A DNA stretch of 63,841 bases, filler included, from Octopus bimaculoides (GCF_001194135.2; 4 parts of 3 records of this genome joined end to end with filler, not necessarily neighbours in it), one strand, 5' to 3'; positions 26,200 to 39,529 are shown, counted from the whole stretch's first letter. Numbers and translations are program-made. Notes: generated by a model not told the origin, from the letters alone.

Positions 26200-26530
26200 T
26201 TCCACTACCTCTTCACAATCCAGCATACTGCAGTCCCATAACTTTGCCGTATCCCTGGCATACTCTAAGTCAATCTGAGTGTGAACTTAGCCAACGTAAG
26301 ACTGTACAAAACCTTAGGATTCCTCTTGCTACAGTCAACAGAATGGCTGTACAATTCACCAGTGAAAGAAAGAAATCAACAGTATTCCATTCAGATCGAC
26401 CTGGATCCTCAGACAAGTGTCTTTGGACTGTAGAAGTAAGGTAGCTGATGTTTCAAAATAACTCCAAAATGAGCTGGAGTTCAATTAAATGGAGTTGCTT
26501 GAAACGATCATACTGCATTACCTCTGGATA
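26200..26530 (+). mobile_element. Tc1-like relic (N-terminal helix-turn-helix region, internally deleted)
   Basis: Reads LSQRKTVQNLRIPLATVNRMAVQFTSERKKSTVFHSDRPG, resembling the Tc1 SQR.IA..L.I..STV.R...RSGRP pattern. Confidence 0.55.
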
Positions 26531-26573
26531 TTCTTGTTGCTTATTTTGATTAGATAGATAGATAGATGGATAA

Positions 26574-26619
<46 letters not shown>

Positions 26620-26822
26620 GGATGGATGGATGGATGGATGGATGGATATACATACATACACACACATGTATATATACTTTCTTTATTTGTGGGTTAACCA
26701 GGCTACCATTGATTTCATGTTAAGAGAGTTATATCTCTTAACAATTATCAAACATATTGCATGGGAAGTTGGTGCTCATGCAGTGTTGAGCACTCCTTTT
26801 CACTGTCCTATATTAATGTATG

Positions 26823-26864
<42 letters not shown>

Positions 26865-27389
26865 CACACATATATATATATATATATACATATACACACA
26901 TATATATATATATATATATATACATATATACACATATATATACATATATACACACACTCTGAACATAAGACAAGTACAATATTTCGGCCAGATATGGCCA
27001 GTTTAGATAATAAAGGATTAACAAGTCAAAATTTGAACAACTAACTATGAGCAGACTGTGCACAAGTATAAGTGCTGGGAGAACATATACGAACAATATG
27101 TTAAATATACAAATTGTATAGCAAACAGCTCTTCTGAAGAAAATTATATTCAGCAAATGAGCTGAAATTTGAATAACAAATGAGGAGATTGCACAGATAT
27201 AAGTGGCTGGGAGAGCGTATACAAACGGTTCATTATCATCAATGTATGTAATTCATGTAGCATGCAAATTTCCATATTTTATATAGAAAATAATAATATT
27301 TCTTGTATATTTAGCTAAAAATAACCATGGATCAACAGAAGCAAGACAAAGGGGAAAATGCACACATACACACACACACACACATATCT

Positions 27390-27760
27390 TATTCTTTTAC
27401 TTGTTTCAGCTATTTGACTGCAGCCATGCTGGAGCTATGCCTTAAAGGGTTTTTGTCGAACAATTCAACCCCAGGGCTTATTTTTAAGCCTAATATTTAT
27501 TTTATCAGTCTCTTTGCTGAACCACTAAGTTAGGTAAACGTAAACACACCAACACTGGTTGTCAAGCAATGGTGAAAGACAAACACAGACACACAAACAG
27601 ATATACCCGACAGGCTTCTTTCAGTTTCTGTCTACCAAATCCACTCTCAAGGCTTTGGTTGGCCCGAGGCTAAAGAAGACACTTGCCCAAAGTGCCACAC
27701 AGTGGGACTGAACCCAGACTCATATGGTTGGGAAGCAAACTTCTTACCACACAGTCACAC
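27390..27760 (-). mobile_element. SINE family A
   Basis: Family A head and tail motifs are present. Confidence 0.85.
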
Positions 27761-28934
27761 CTATGTATCTTTTGTCTTTTTCAATCTTTATACTGTGTCC
27801 ATGCTGGAGCGCCACCTTGAAGAACTTTTAGTTGAATGAATTGGCCCCAGAACTTATTTGTTTTATTTTTAAGCCTGGTACTCGTTCTATTTGTCTCTTT
27901 TTATGGNNNNNNNNNNNNNNNNNNNNNNNNNNNNNNNNNNNNNNNNNNNNNNNNNNNNNNNNNNNNNNNNNNNNNNNNNNNNNNNNNNNNNNNNNNNNNN
28001 NNNNNNNNNNNNNNNNNNNNNNNNNNNNNNNNNNNNNNNNNNNNNNNNNNNNNNNNNNNNNNNNNNNNNNNNNNNNNNNNNNNNNNNNNNNNNNNNNNNN
28101 NNNNNNNNNNNNNNNNNNNNNNNNNNNNNNNNNNNNNNNNNNNNNNNNNNNNNNNNNNNNNNNNNNNNNNNNNNNNNNNNNNNNNNNNNNNNNNNNNNNN
28201 NNNNNNNNNNNNNNNNNNNNNNNNNNNNNNNNNNNNNNNNNNNNNNNNNNNNNNNNNNNNNNNNNNNNNNNNNNNNNNNNNNNNNNNNNNNNNNNNNNNN
28301 NNNNNNNNNNNNNNNNNNNNNNNNNNNNNNNNNNNNNNNNNNNNNNNNNNNNNNNNNNNNNNNNNNNNNNNNNNNNNNNNNNNNNNNNNNNNNNNNNNNN
28401 NNNATACACACTTCAGGAAAAGAAAAATTTGTATAAATATTTGACTTGTATAAATATCAATACCTCTTTCAATGTTTTATCAAATTATAAAACTGAATAA
28501 ACCGCAAAAATACTGAATAAAAATATTCATACAAACGTTTCCTTTCTCGAAATGTGTATATATTCTTTTTGGCAACCTCTGTATAATACACAAGATAAGC
28601 TTGTTTCAATTTCTGTCTACAAACATCCACACACAAGGCTTTGGTCGACACAAGGATATAGCAGAAGACACTTGCCCAATGTACCACACAGTGGAACTGA
28701 ACCTGGAGTCATGTGGTTGGGGAAGCAAACTTCTTATGACACAGTCACACCTGCACATCATGTATTTAGTATAGATGGAGGGACACATAACACACCATTT
28801 CATGCCTTTATGTAGAGTTTGTGCGTAGCTTGGAAGAGGTAGCACCTTAGGTCTTTCAATCACTCATGTAACAAACAATTTGGTTAATAATTGGGATGCA
28901 GATTGGATTATGCTCATACTCAAAGAGACCCCAC

Positions 28935-28970
<36 letters not shown>

Positions 28971-29070
28971 NNNNNNNNNNNNNNNNNNNNNNNNNNNNNN
29001 NNNNNNNNNNNNNNTTAATTAATTAANNNNNNNNNNNNNNNNNNNNNNNNNNNNNNNNNNNNNNNNNNNN
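28971..29070. other. Synthetic assembly spacer (44 N + TTAATTAATTAA + 44 N)
   Basis: Exactly 100 bp. TTAATTAATTAA places stops in all six frames, and identical spacers occur at 57657-57756 and 61715-61814. Confidence 0.9.
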
Positions 29071-29290
29071 TGTGTGTATGTGTGTGTGTGTTTGTCCCCC
29101 CGACATCGCTTGACAACTGATGATGGTGTGTTTACGTCCCCGTAAATTAGCGGTTCGGCAAAAACAGACCGATAAAATAAGTACTAGGCTTACAAAGAAT
29201 AAGTCCTGGGGTCGATTTGCTCGACTAAAAGCGGTGCTCCAGCATAGCCGCAGTCAAATGACTGAAACAAGTAAAAGAGTAAAAGAGTAA
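29071..29290 (+). mobile_element. SINE family A, 3' half
   Basis: Runs from TTTGTCCCCCCGACATCGCTTGACAAC to GACTGAAACAAGTAAAAGAGTAAAAGAG; CpGs are retained. Confidence 0.92.
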
Positions 29291-29688
29291 AGGTTCAGTG
29301 GATATCGATGATAAATTTGATTTGGGTTGACGAGGACTAGAGAATGGGATTCAAAACGAGGTATATAAAAAAAAGATATCAGATTAAATCCAAAGGATTT
29401 TGAAAAGAATTCGAAATAAATGAGGGATATTAATCTAAAGTTATGAGATAAAGTATCTATCGATAAGTTATTGATGGTCAAAGGAAGATTATCAGTTATA
29501 AATAAAAATAAAAGGACTGAAAATAGCGTGTCTTTAAATGATATACATTTAACTTGGTTTATCACGGGTATTTGGTTAAAAAAATCAAAAGCAAGTAAAT
29601 GTGTTAAACGAATCGGTGCTAAATGAATAATAGAACAAATGGGAAAATAGGTTTCGTTCTGAAACGCCAAGTTGTCCCCGAAACTTAC

Positions 29689-29940
29689 CCAAATGACACC
29701 ACCTAACAGTTATCAAATACACATAATGATAATGTTTCATGTTTAGAACAATATCTAGAGTAAAATTTAATAATACGTAGTTAGTAAATAATAATAGTTA
29801 TAATAAAAATAACTGGAAAATATCATAACAATCAATCTTTGACTGATTACGGACCCGTGTATCACAGATCAATCCGTGATAAGCGTAACATGGTTCACAA
29901 TTGAGCGTACCGTGTGTTATCCCCAAATTATCGCAAATCA
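29689..29940 (-). promoter_or_regulatory. Candidate promoter and first exon of an unidentified minus-strand gene
   Basis: Unique CpG-rich patch at 29845-29940, Inr-like TCAGTC at 29846-29841, ATG at 29740 (MKHYHYVYLITVRWCHL), and consensus donor TGG|GTAAGT with GT at 29688-29687. No homology or transcript evidence. Confidence 0.3.
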
Positions 29941-30009
29941 GTGATGAATGATAAATGAGGAATATATATATATATATACTCTTTACTCTTTCTCTCTTTT
30001 ACTTGTTTT

Positions 30010-30360
30010 GGGCCTTGTGCCTAGAGTAGACAAGAATATTCCCTATGAAGAAGGCAGCGAATCGTTAGCACGCCGGACAAAATACTTAACGGCATTTNNN
30101 NNNNNNNGGACTGAACCCGGAACCATGTGGTTGGTAAGCAAGCTACTTACCACAGAAGCAGAGGCTTGAAATTTTGAAGGAGTTGAGCAAGTCGATTACA
30201 TCGCCTCCAGTGCTCAACTGGTACTTATTTCATCGACCTCGAAAGCAGGAAAGGTAAAGTCGACCCCGGTAGAATTTAAACTCGGAAAGTAATGCCGGAA
30301 GAAATACCGCTAACCAATTTGTCCGGCGTGCAGTCGATCCTGCCCGCTCGTCGCCTTTGG
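30010..30360 (-). mobile_element. SINE family C copies, CpG-retaining
   Basis: Contains GTCGACCCCGGTAGAATTTAAACTC and related family C motifs. Confidence 0.8.
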
Positions 30361-30692
30361 TTAGTCGCGTACATTAAATAAATATGATTCGACTGAACAA
30401 CGAAACCAACCAGAAGAATTTGATTGAAATAGCTCTTTCCTTTTTCAAATATTGCTTCCAATTTTATGTAAATATTGAAAAGTTTAAAAAAAACCCCCAC
30501 GAAAAATGCAAGATGACGACAGAACAATTGAATGCACGCCATTGTTATTTAGATTTGATATTTGCCCATTTTCACAACTCATATGTTGCTGTCATTGTTA
30601 TTGTCATTGAAGATATGTGACTGATATATTTAAACAACAAAACTGTCACCATACTGTAGTTCAATGAATACATACATACATACATACATATA

Positions 30693-30723
<31 letters not shown>

Positions 30724-31130
30724 GAAGAATTGACGTCATGTGTTCAAATAAAGTTGTTTTGTTCTAAATTGTAAAACAAAGAAAGAAGCTCGTTGTTTAA
30801 TACGCCAATCTGTGTGTGTGTGAACAGATGTATAATTTTAGTCTGATCTGCCACATGTTACATTTACTAATGTAATACAACACTGGATATTTATTTTGCT
30901 TTCGTACTTAATTACTGTGTAAAAAATTGGAATCTCATTGTATTCTTTTGTTATTGGCTTTATGCGACAACTGGTGTATGTTAGAAGTACAATTCTAAAA
31001 GTACAATGCAGTTTCGAATCTTACCTGCAGACGTTTCATTTCTCTTCGTGATTAATGTCTTTGAGAAAAGCATACCCTCGATTTCATCTTCACTACCTCC
31101 TTCCAGGGATTTTTTTTCTTCTTCTTTCTC

Positions 31131-31715
31131 CTATAGACACAAAGTCTGAAATTATACTGAGCTCTCAGCTGATACTTATTTTATTGACCCTGAAAGGATT
31201 AAATCGACCTCGGCGGAATTTGAACTCAGAAAGTCAAAGAGCCAGAAAAATGCCGTTAAGTATTTTGTCCGGCGTGCTAACGATTCGCTGCCTTCTTTAA
31301 AGAGAATATTCTTATCTACACTAGGCCCGAAATTTGATGGGAGGGGGGGGGGCAGTCGATTAGATCGACCGCAGTACGCAATTGGTACTGAATTTATCGA
31401 CCCCGAAAGGATGAAAGGCAAAGTCGACCTCGGCGAAATTTGAACTCAGAACGTAAAGACAGACGAAATACCGCTAAGCATTTCGCACAGTGTGCTAACG
31501 TTTCTACCGGTTCGCAGCCTTTCATAGGCAATTTTGATCTGTAGCGAAAATTGATTACATCGACCTCAGTGCTCAACTGGTACTTACTTTATCGACCCGA
31601 AAGGATGAAAGGCAAAGTCAATTTCCATGGCATTTGAACTCAGAACGGAAAGTCGGAACAAATGTTCTTAAATCATTTTCCCGACGCGGTAATGATTCTG
31701 CCAGCTCACCGTTAT
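31131..31715 (-). mobile_element. Three tandem SINE family C copies
   Basis: The TCGACCTCGGCGGAATTTGAACTCAG...CCGCTAAGCATTT unit is repeated, the third copy more diverged. Confidence 0.88.
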
Positions 31716-33214
31716 CATAACCTTTGTCACAAGATTGCCTAATAAAGGTCACTCAATCCCATCTTATCATACAACAAACTTTACTCTCCTACAATCCTTA
31801 CTCATTCAGTCCTCTGATATGTCGAACGAGCTAACTGAGCGTACATTTGTCAGTTTTTCACAGACTATCATTGACAATAATTTGCTTCACATTTTCCCCG
31901 ACAGTTAAATAGGTAACCTCGATATGTCATTCCTAAATCTTCATACGATTAATGCCCTTAAATCTCCGAACCCTAAATAGTTCATTCACAGTTGCACCGT
32001 AACTGTTACGGGGCAGACAACACTTCCTATAACATCTGGAGGAAATAACTCACCGTTACCAACTGGGAAGTGTTTTTATATTCAACTGCAACACCTACAA
32101 CATGAACACCGGGAAAAGCAAATGATCCCTCCTTATATCGTGGGATTTATTTAACACAGCCAGCTGTTCTCGACAAATGTCATGTGGACCTATCTTTTTT
32201 AAGATATATTTATAAAAAGATTTCAGCCCAACAGTGTAAATTAACGAAATACTTTTCAATTAATTCTACGGCGTTACCGTTGCATGTAGCTCCGAGATGA
32301 AAATGATATTGTGGTACCATACCCGTCACTTGCAAGCGAGTATGACCTGATTGCAGTGGTGGTTCGTAGATAAAATTAGTTGGGGTGTTGCTTCACAAAA
32401 TTTTTAGCTGTTGTTTTAATATTGTGTAAAAGGAAACAAACTTATGTAGTGGATCTTGCAGGCATGGCGCGGATTCGATCCTAGATAGCCAAATTTAAAT
32501 GAGCAGTTCAACAGTACTTTTCTCACGGTAAAACAATAGTTTTTCTGTGACAGTAGTTACATTTGCCAGATGCCTTAGCTAACTAAGCAAAATAGCATCT
32601 TCACCACTTGACCTTACTAACCTCTTCTATTTCACCAATAGCTAGAATAGAGACGTCACAGACCTCCAACGAAATCTATTGTTCTCAACAATATGTCTAT
32701 CCTTCTGGATAGTTATAAAGACAAGAACCCCCAAGCAAAAGAGAGTTAGTGAGAACCCGAGTTAGTGCGAGCGACCATCAGTTAGTGAACAAGCAGACAG
32801 TTACTAAAGACAAATGGTCAGAGGGAGAAAGAAAGTTATATTCAGTCAACTATGAGACACAGCATCCCTCGACTCTATAACTTTCACTAGCTCAATTTCT
32901 TTTCTCTTACAACATCATTCTATCTCTATCTGTGGAATACTACTACGAGAACGTGTACACACATACAAGTCAAAATTAACTCTTTTTGCCTCGCATGCCT
33001 TTCCATTTACTAGTTATTCATACCAACCCGTCGTGGTTTTGGATATTCACGATGTAACGGTAAATAAATATTTTCTTTACAACTTCAATCACTGTTCATC
33101 TTTACATAATGGCAATCAACTAACAACAAACCATTACACATGATGACCCTCGGCTTCAACGAAGAACTAACCGTTACAAACTAGCGACGACCCCGACGTT
33201 CCATATTATTGTTT

Positions 33215-33475
33215 CGATTCCTGGCGACGCGTTGTGTCCTTGTGCAAGACACTTTATTTCCCGTTGTTCCAGTCCACTCAGATGGTCAAAATGAGTAGTA
33301 CCTGTATTTCAAAGGGCCAGTAGTGTCACATCGTGTATCACGCTGAATCTTCTTGAGAACTAAATTAAGGGTACACGTGTCTGTGGAGTGCTCAGCCACT
33401 TGCACGTTAATTTCCGTTGATCGGATCAATTGAAACCCTTGTCGTCGTAAGCAACGAAATACCAGTGCTAGACAA
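33215..33475 (+). mobile_element. SINE family B (tRNA head, TCCTTG.GCAAGACACT core), partial
   Basis: Shares AAGGGTACACGTGTCTGTGGAGTGCTCA with the copies at 46905, 53810 and 54460. Confidence 0.85.
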
Positions 33476-33839
33476 TGATTGCCAAAAGAAGATGGAGTTT
33501 GTTCAGTGCACGCTACATCCAGGTAGAAGAGGATTTTGATTGAAAAAAAAAAAACGAAAAAAAAAAAAAAACCTTGGGGAGGCCACACACGCACACAAGC
33601 ATATATACAAAAGCACGCCCGAGGCACACACACAGAGGCGCGCACTGAGACACACACACACACANNNNNNNNNNNNNNNNNNNNNNNNNNNNNNNNNNNN
33701 NNNNNNNNNNNNNNNNNNNNNNNNNNNNNNNNNNNNNNNNNNNNNNNNNNNNNNNNNNNNNNNNNNNNNNNNNNNNNNNNNNNNNNNNNNNNNNNNNNNN
33801 NNNNNNNNNNNNNNNNNNNNNNNNNNNNNNNNNNNNNNN

Positions 33840-33888
<49 letters not shown>

Positions 33889-34329
33889 CTTCCTTATAGT
33901 TTCTGTCTACCAAATTTGACAAGGAATTAGTCACTCCGCTATTGCAACAGTAAATGACGCTTGTCCAAACGTGTCGCGCAATGCGATCTTATCCGGAACC
34001 ACATGATGGCATAGAGCGAACTTCCTATCTTACACAACCAAGCCTGCATCCATATCAAATATATGAAGCCATAAGAAAAACTGCCGACATTTTCTCTCGT
34101 TTAGTTCTCCGACAAACCAGCTGACATATCAAAACAGTATTTTGTTAAGATTTCCTAATTACTTCCCTGCAGATTTTTCCAGAAGAAATCAACTGAAGCA
34201 AATAATGAAAGCATTTATTTTAGCTGACACTGTTTTCATTCTTATTAATGCCGCCTGTTTTCCACCAACGGTTAAAAGAAAAACAGCGAGAAAAGTAAAG
34301 CGAGCGAAGCAGCGTGTGAGCCTTCAAGT

Positions 34330-34930
34330 GGTCATTTGACATACTAGAAATAGCAGTCAAATTTTCCACAAGTCACAGTATTTTAAAAAGAATAAAAAAG
34401 GGGATATTTTAGATAGATAATGCAGTCCTTAATACACTGACTGAATAAAGGTCAACTGGATCAAAACTGACCTGGGCTAAACAGCAGTATGACGACTACG
34501 ACGACAGCAGCATATCAATAAAGGGGCTTTTTGAAGATTCTCATCTTGCAAGTAATAGTAGTCAAATGACATCCCCACCAGCGCCTTAACAAACGAAAGA
34601 CATTGGACTAGGAAGTTACAGATTATATCTGAAGGAAGAAAATGGAATGAACACAACTAGAATGCTTTGATCAGAGATCTGCCGGCTCAGTACTAACCTG
34701 GAGCCAAATAACATCAACAAAAACGAGGGAGCCCCCATGTGGATTCTCATTCTACTAGAAATAGCAGACTATTCACATTCTACTATTTTAACTACTTTAA
34801 CGAAGGAAGGAAATATTGCATAGAAATATTTGGTTGGGATAAAAGATGGAAAAGTCACAACAGGAGCGCCTATGATTATAAGTCGTCTGGATCAGGGTGG
34901 AATTCGTGCTAAACAACAGCAAAACTAACA
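34330..34930 (+). repeat. Three diverged tandem copies of a short (about 170 bp) repeat with CAA/CAG-like tails
   Basis: Each starts near (A)GAAATAGCAG.CAAAT-like sequence and ends near GACCTGG(G/A)GC(T/C)AAAC. A reverse copy lies at about 46070-46240. Confidence 0.55.
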
Positions 34931-35589
34931 ACAACAGCAAAGAGTATATTTATTGTAAATTGTAAATCCTGAGGTAACCCAACCAAATTATATATATATA
35001 TATTTGCATCCAAAAGGCAGACGAACACCATTTCTTCATGTGATCGGCTAGAAAAGTTGTTAAGATATTAAAATGATTGTCTTAACATGAAACCAATGGT
35101 AGTCTTAATACACAAATAAAGAAATTTTATCCACCAATGCAGTATTGATCACTCATTCTCGTCGTTTGAAATTTACGCATACATACATACATACATACAT
35201 ATGTGTGTGTGTGTGCACAAATTAAATGTGGATAAATTAAAACTGAAAACAAATCTAAAGAATATGAATATATGAAGACTATTTCTTTATAATGCAACAC
35301 TAATGAAGTAATTTCGTGGTTTCAAAGTATATCAGGGTAGAGGCAGAACAAACTTCATCCAAATCGATGTATTGAACTTTTATCAATATCGAGAAAGCGT
35401 TTTTGCATTTGGTTTGCAAGATTCTTTATTGACGTAAAAAGTTTCTCTTGACACCAAGAAATCGAGAGAGCAGGGTTCCAGTTTCGATTCCTCTGGTGCG
35501 GCATCTCAGATGTCTTCCAAATATATTAGAAAGTAAGCTTGCACTGGTCAGAATGTTACCGTTAGTTTCGTACCGACTATTGGACTTGA

Positions 35590-36275
35590 CAATGCTACTT
35601 TCAAATTTTGGCAGGAAACCTGAAATTTCGGGGAAGGGGATAACTCAGTTACATCCACTCCAGTACTCAACTTATAGTGTCAATCCCGTGAGGAAGAAAA
35701 GCAAAGTCGACCTCGGTGGAATTTGAACTCAAAATGTAAAGACGGACGAAATGTTGCTCAGCATTTCGCCCGGTGTGCTAACGTTTCTGCCAGCTCGCCA
35801 CCTTAAAACATATTGAAGATATTCTCTTCTACTCTAGGCACAAGGCCCGAAATTTTGGGGAAGGGATCAAGTCGATTACATCGACCACAGTATGCAACTG
35901 GTACTTAATTTATCGACCCCGAAAAGATGAAAAGCAAAGTCGACCTCGGTGGAATTTGAACTCAGAACGTAAAGACAGACGCAATACTGCTAAGCATTTC
36001 GCCTGTCGTGCTAACAACTCTGCTAATTCGCCGTCTTTAGACTTGAGAATATTAATCATTCTTCAAAGGCGGCAAGCAGCTGGCAGAAACGTTAGCACGC
36101 TGGGCTAAGTGGTATTTCGTCTGCCGTTACGTTCTGAGTTCAAATTCCGCCGAGGTCGACTTTGCCTTTCGGGTTGATAAATTAAGTACCAGTTACGTAC
36201 TGAGATCGATTTAAATTTAATCGACTGGCCCTCTCCCCCCAAATTTCGGGCCTTGTACCTAGAGTAGAAAAGAGT
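35590..36275. mobile_element. SINE family C: two minus copies followed by one plus copy
   Basis: Family C motifs are inverted about position 36055. Confidence 0.88.
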
Positions 36276-36869
36276 ATTAACCATTCTTCAGACATGGTGG
36301 TCGGAAATGGCTTAACCTCATTTATATATTGACTGTAGTTGACATAGTTTTGGTAACGTTTGAGATAATAAGAATGAACGAAAAATGTTTTTATTTTTGC
36401 ATTCTTTTTTCTTTTGAAATGTAGCAGTCAAATGTATAAATGAAGAATTTGAGAAGAGTTCTCTGTAGAGCCAAACAAACGAATATTCGACCCTGTTTGA
36501 AACAACGTTATCTAAAAAGAAGCTCTTCGCTTTTTGGAATGTCATGTTTAAGCATTGTATTTCACTCACTGTTAATAAATCTGTCACTTTCTTGCCCGCA
36601 AACACACTCAAGGTCTTACAGTTTTCTTCGTTTCACGTAATAAACTATGACAAAATATTATATACTATAAAGTGATATAATACAATTCGAAGTACAAAAC
36701 GTTCGCCCTTATTTCTGACTGAAAACAGCCATTGTTTGTTAGTCAAATATGGGACCTGGATACGTGTCAGAGTAAATCTACAGCACAAAAGATCTTGGTT
36801 TCGTCTTTACCAAGTGTCACTACTTTGAATGAATTGCCCCGGTTAAAAACCTTTAGAATGCTTCCTAAT

Positions 36870-37310
36870 TTTGTCATGTCAGAAACTTTTGAAGGAGTGG
36901 ACAAGTCGATTACGTCGACCCCAGTACTTGAATGGTACTTTATTTTATAGACTCTAAAAAGATGAAAGGCAAAGTCAATCTCGGCGGGATTTGAGCTCAG
37001 AAAGGTAAAGAGCCGGAAGAAATGCCGATAAGTATTGGGTTGTCCGGAAAGTTCGTGCCGATTTTTAAAGGAAAGAAAAGGGTCAATAAATACTTGCCAT
37101 TACATTTTTAATCAACTAAATATGAACCATTTTGTTGCACAATGCGTCTCCATCTTTCCATTAACTTGAAAATACCCTCTTCCCAGAATTGAGGTGGTTT
37201 CATGGCAAATAAGTCGAAAGGTAATCTACTATAAATCGGCACGAACTTTCCGGACAACCCAATATTTTGTTTGATGCGCCAACCATTTTATCTCGCCGCC
37301 TTATTTAGAA
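36870..37310 (-). mobile_element. SINE family C interrupted by a mariner MITE
   Basis: SINE sequence stops at ...GCCGATAAGTA and resumes at TATTTTGTTTGATGCGCC. Confidence 0.85.
37035..37262 (-). mobile_element. Young mariner-derived MITE (228 bp) with perfect 30-bp TIRs and TA target duplication
   Basis: TIR TTGGGTTGTCCGGAAAGTTCGTGCCGATTT; TA at 37033-37034 and 37263-37264. The interior keeps the transposase C-terminus AMKPPQFWEEGIFKLMERWRRIVQQNGSYLVD*. Confidence 0.95.
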
Positions 37311-38570
37311 TAAATAATGATATCTTACACTGGGTGAGACATAGTAGTGTGGTGAAGATGTTCGTATCATCTTAATCATGCAGTGGGATCAAATCTGGAA
37401 CCAGGGATCCAGGTTCGATTTCTCTGCGCGGCACTTTGGATGTCTTCTCCTAATTTTTCTCGCTGGCCAGTACCTTGTAATGGAATTTATTAAACTAAAA
37501 CTGCACGGAAACCCATTGTATGCGAGCGTGTATGTGTCCAACTTTTGCCGATGAATATGAATAAGTGTCAAGACCAGCGAGAAATCGAAAAGCCGGTGTC
37601 ATCGAACGACGTGTCCTGCGAAATGAATTCCGTACCCATTTGTCGACACTTCCTTGTCACACTTGCCATCAGAAATGAAGAGAACCTGTGAGTGAAATCC
37701 TGTAGCCAACGATCGATGGAGGAAGCAGAATGCTGCTTGGGCACAGGCCTACACTTAATCAGCTTTGAATAGGTTGAATGGTTGAGACCTGAAATATGGT
37801 GATCCCAGGATACAACACCGAAGATTCGTCAAAATACTACATTTGTAGATGTATGCTGAACTAATGTGGTGCACAGCAAAACGGTAGTTAAAAATAATTA
37901 TGTGTCATGGGGGAGGAAAATTAAAAAGAAAATCAATATTTGTTAACGACTAATATTTTGGTCCCTTTAACAATACTGGACAAGACTCCAGAATGTTTCA
38001 GCTTTATTATTCCCCCACAGTGAAGTATATACTTCAACACAGTGGCCAATATTTTTGTTCAGAGGATCACCAGAACCAACAAAAAACATTCAAGGATGTA
38101 CGCTTGTTGGTGTAGGAAAGTGGACATGTACTAGGAATGAATTACTCCAAGACACTATCCATATCTAAAATCAAAATTTAACTTCAACATATTGAAACCG
38201 AAACCCAGTATGGCCAAGTGCATAAGAAGTTTACTTCATTGTCTTGTCATGTGAGTCAGGATTCGATCCTACGGTTCAATACCTTGGGCAAGTTTCTTCT
38301 ATGATAAATTCTTGCCTGCTAGAGTCTGGTACACGAAAACTGTTGGATGTATATAAATAAGCAATCAAAATCGAAAGACAAATAAATTAATATCGATTAC
38401 ACAGTGTTATGTAATTGATGGATTATTGTAAGATTTGGATTATCTGCTCTGTTTAAAAGCTTCTGCGCTGATTAGATTTGTCATAGCAATTATCAATAAC
38501 TTATGTAGACTAGGTGTGTGTATGGTAATTAAGTATTATGCGTGTGTACGCATGTGCATATGCATACATA

Positions 38571-38606
<36 letters not shown>

Positions 38607-38629
38607 TAGATAGATATGTGTGTATATAG

Positions 38630-38694
<65 letters not shown>

Positions 38695-38840
38695 GTACCT
38701 GTATATTTATGCGTGTGTGTATATATATATATGTGCATATGTATATATGTGTGTGTGTATATATATTATACGCACTCACATATATATGTATGTGTGTATA
38801 TATATATGTATATATGTATATATACATACATACATACATA

Positions 38841-38915
<75 letters not shown>

Positions 38916-39140
38916 TCTTTTCTTTCTTTTCTTTTATTTGGAACACCGCCTTTAGTTGAACAAATCGACAGAACTTATTCATTGTAAGCCTGGTACTTAT
39001 TATATCGGTCACTTTTGCCGAACCGCTAGGTTACGGGGACGTAAACACACCAACATCGGTTGTTAAGTGATGGTGGTGGTGGTGGGCTAACACAGATACA
39101 TGAACATATACATAGCTACATACAAACATACATACAAACG

Positions 39141-39171
<31 letters not shown>

Positions 39172-39176
39172 TTACG

Positions 39177-39529
39177 TTAAGTAGAAAATGGAGAAATCTC
39201 GATCAACAACAATTGACTACCAATGATTATCATTTTTTAATACAAAACTTTATTCCATCTAACAGCCATTTCTGCTTCCAATGTTCCACAGTGTTGTAAA
39301 AAAAAAAAAAAATTCTGAGAATAATATTCGTCATATTTTATAACACATCCGATCTGGAACATGGAGCTTCATCAGAGTGCAGAAAAATACATAAAATAAA
39401 AGAAAAGAAAAGAAGAAGAGCCTCGAGGCTTAATGTATTTGAATCAGGTGGGTTAAAGTCTTGTATTAAAAAATAATAGTCGATGGTAGTCAATTGTTGT
39501 TGATCAAGATTTCTCCATTTTCTGCTTAA
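39177..39529. mobile_element. MITE-like element with about 85-bp inverted repeats, TTAA at both ends
   Basis: G(T/C)AGAAAATGGAGAAATCT(C/T)GATCAACAACAATTGACTACCA... occurs on both strands; the ORF track shows LSRKWRNLDQQQLTT in both orientations. Confidence 0.8.

Noticed and set aside
27058-27226. Two diverged 37-nt direct repeats 131 bp apart
   Set aside because: About 75% identity and only two copies; no target-duplication or regulatory interpretation can be supported.
29254-29670. 138-aa hydrophobic ORF as a membrane protein
   Set aside because: The F/L/I richness follows from T-rich sequence, the 3' end runs into a SINE, and it lies just inside the candidate intron.
31730-33200. Possible GIY-YIG or other element relic in 1.5 kb of unassigned sequence
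   Set aside because: Only faint, frame-broken resemblance; I cannot support a call without a search.
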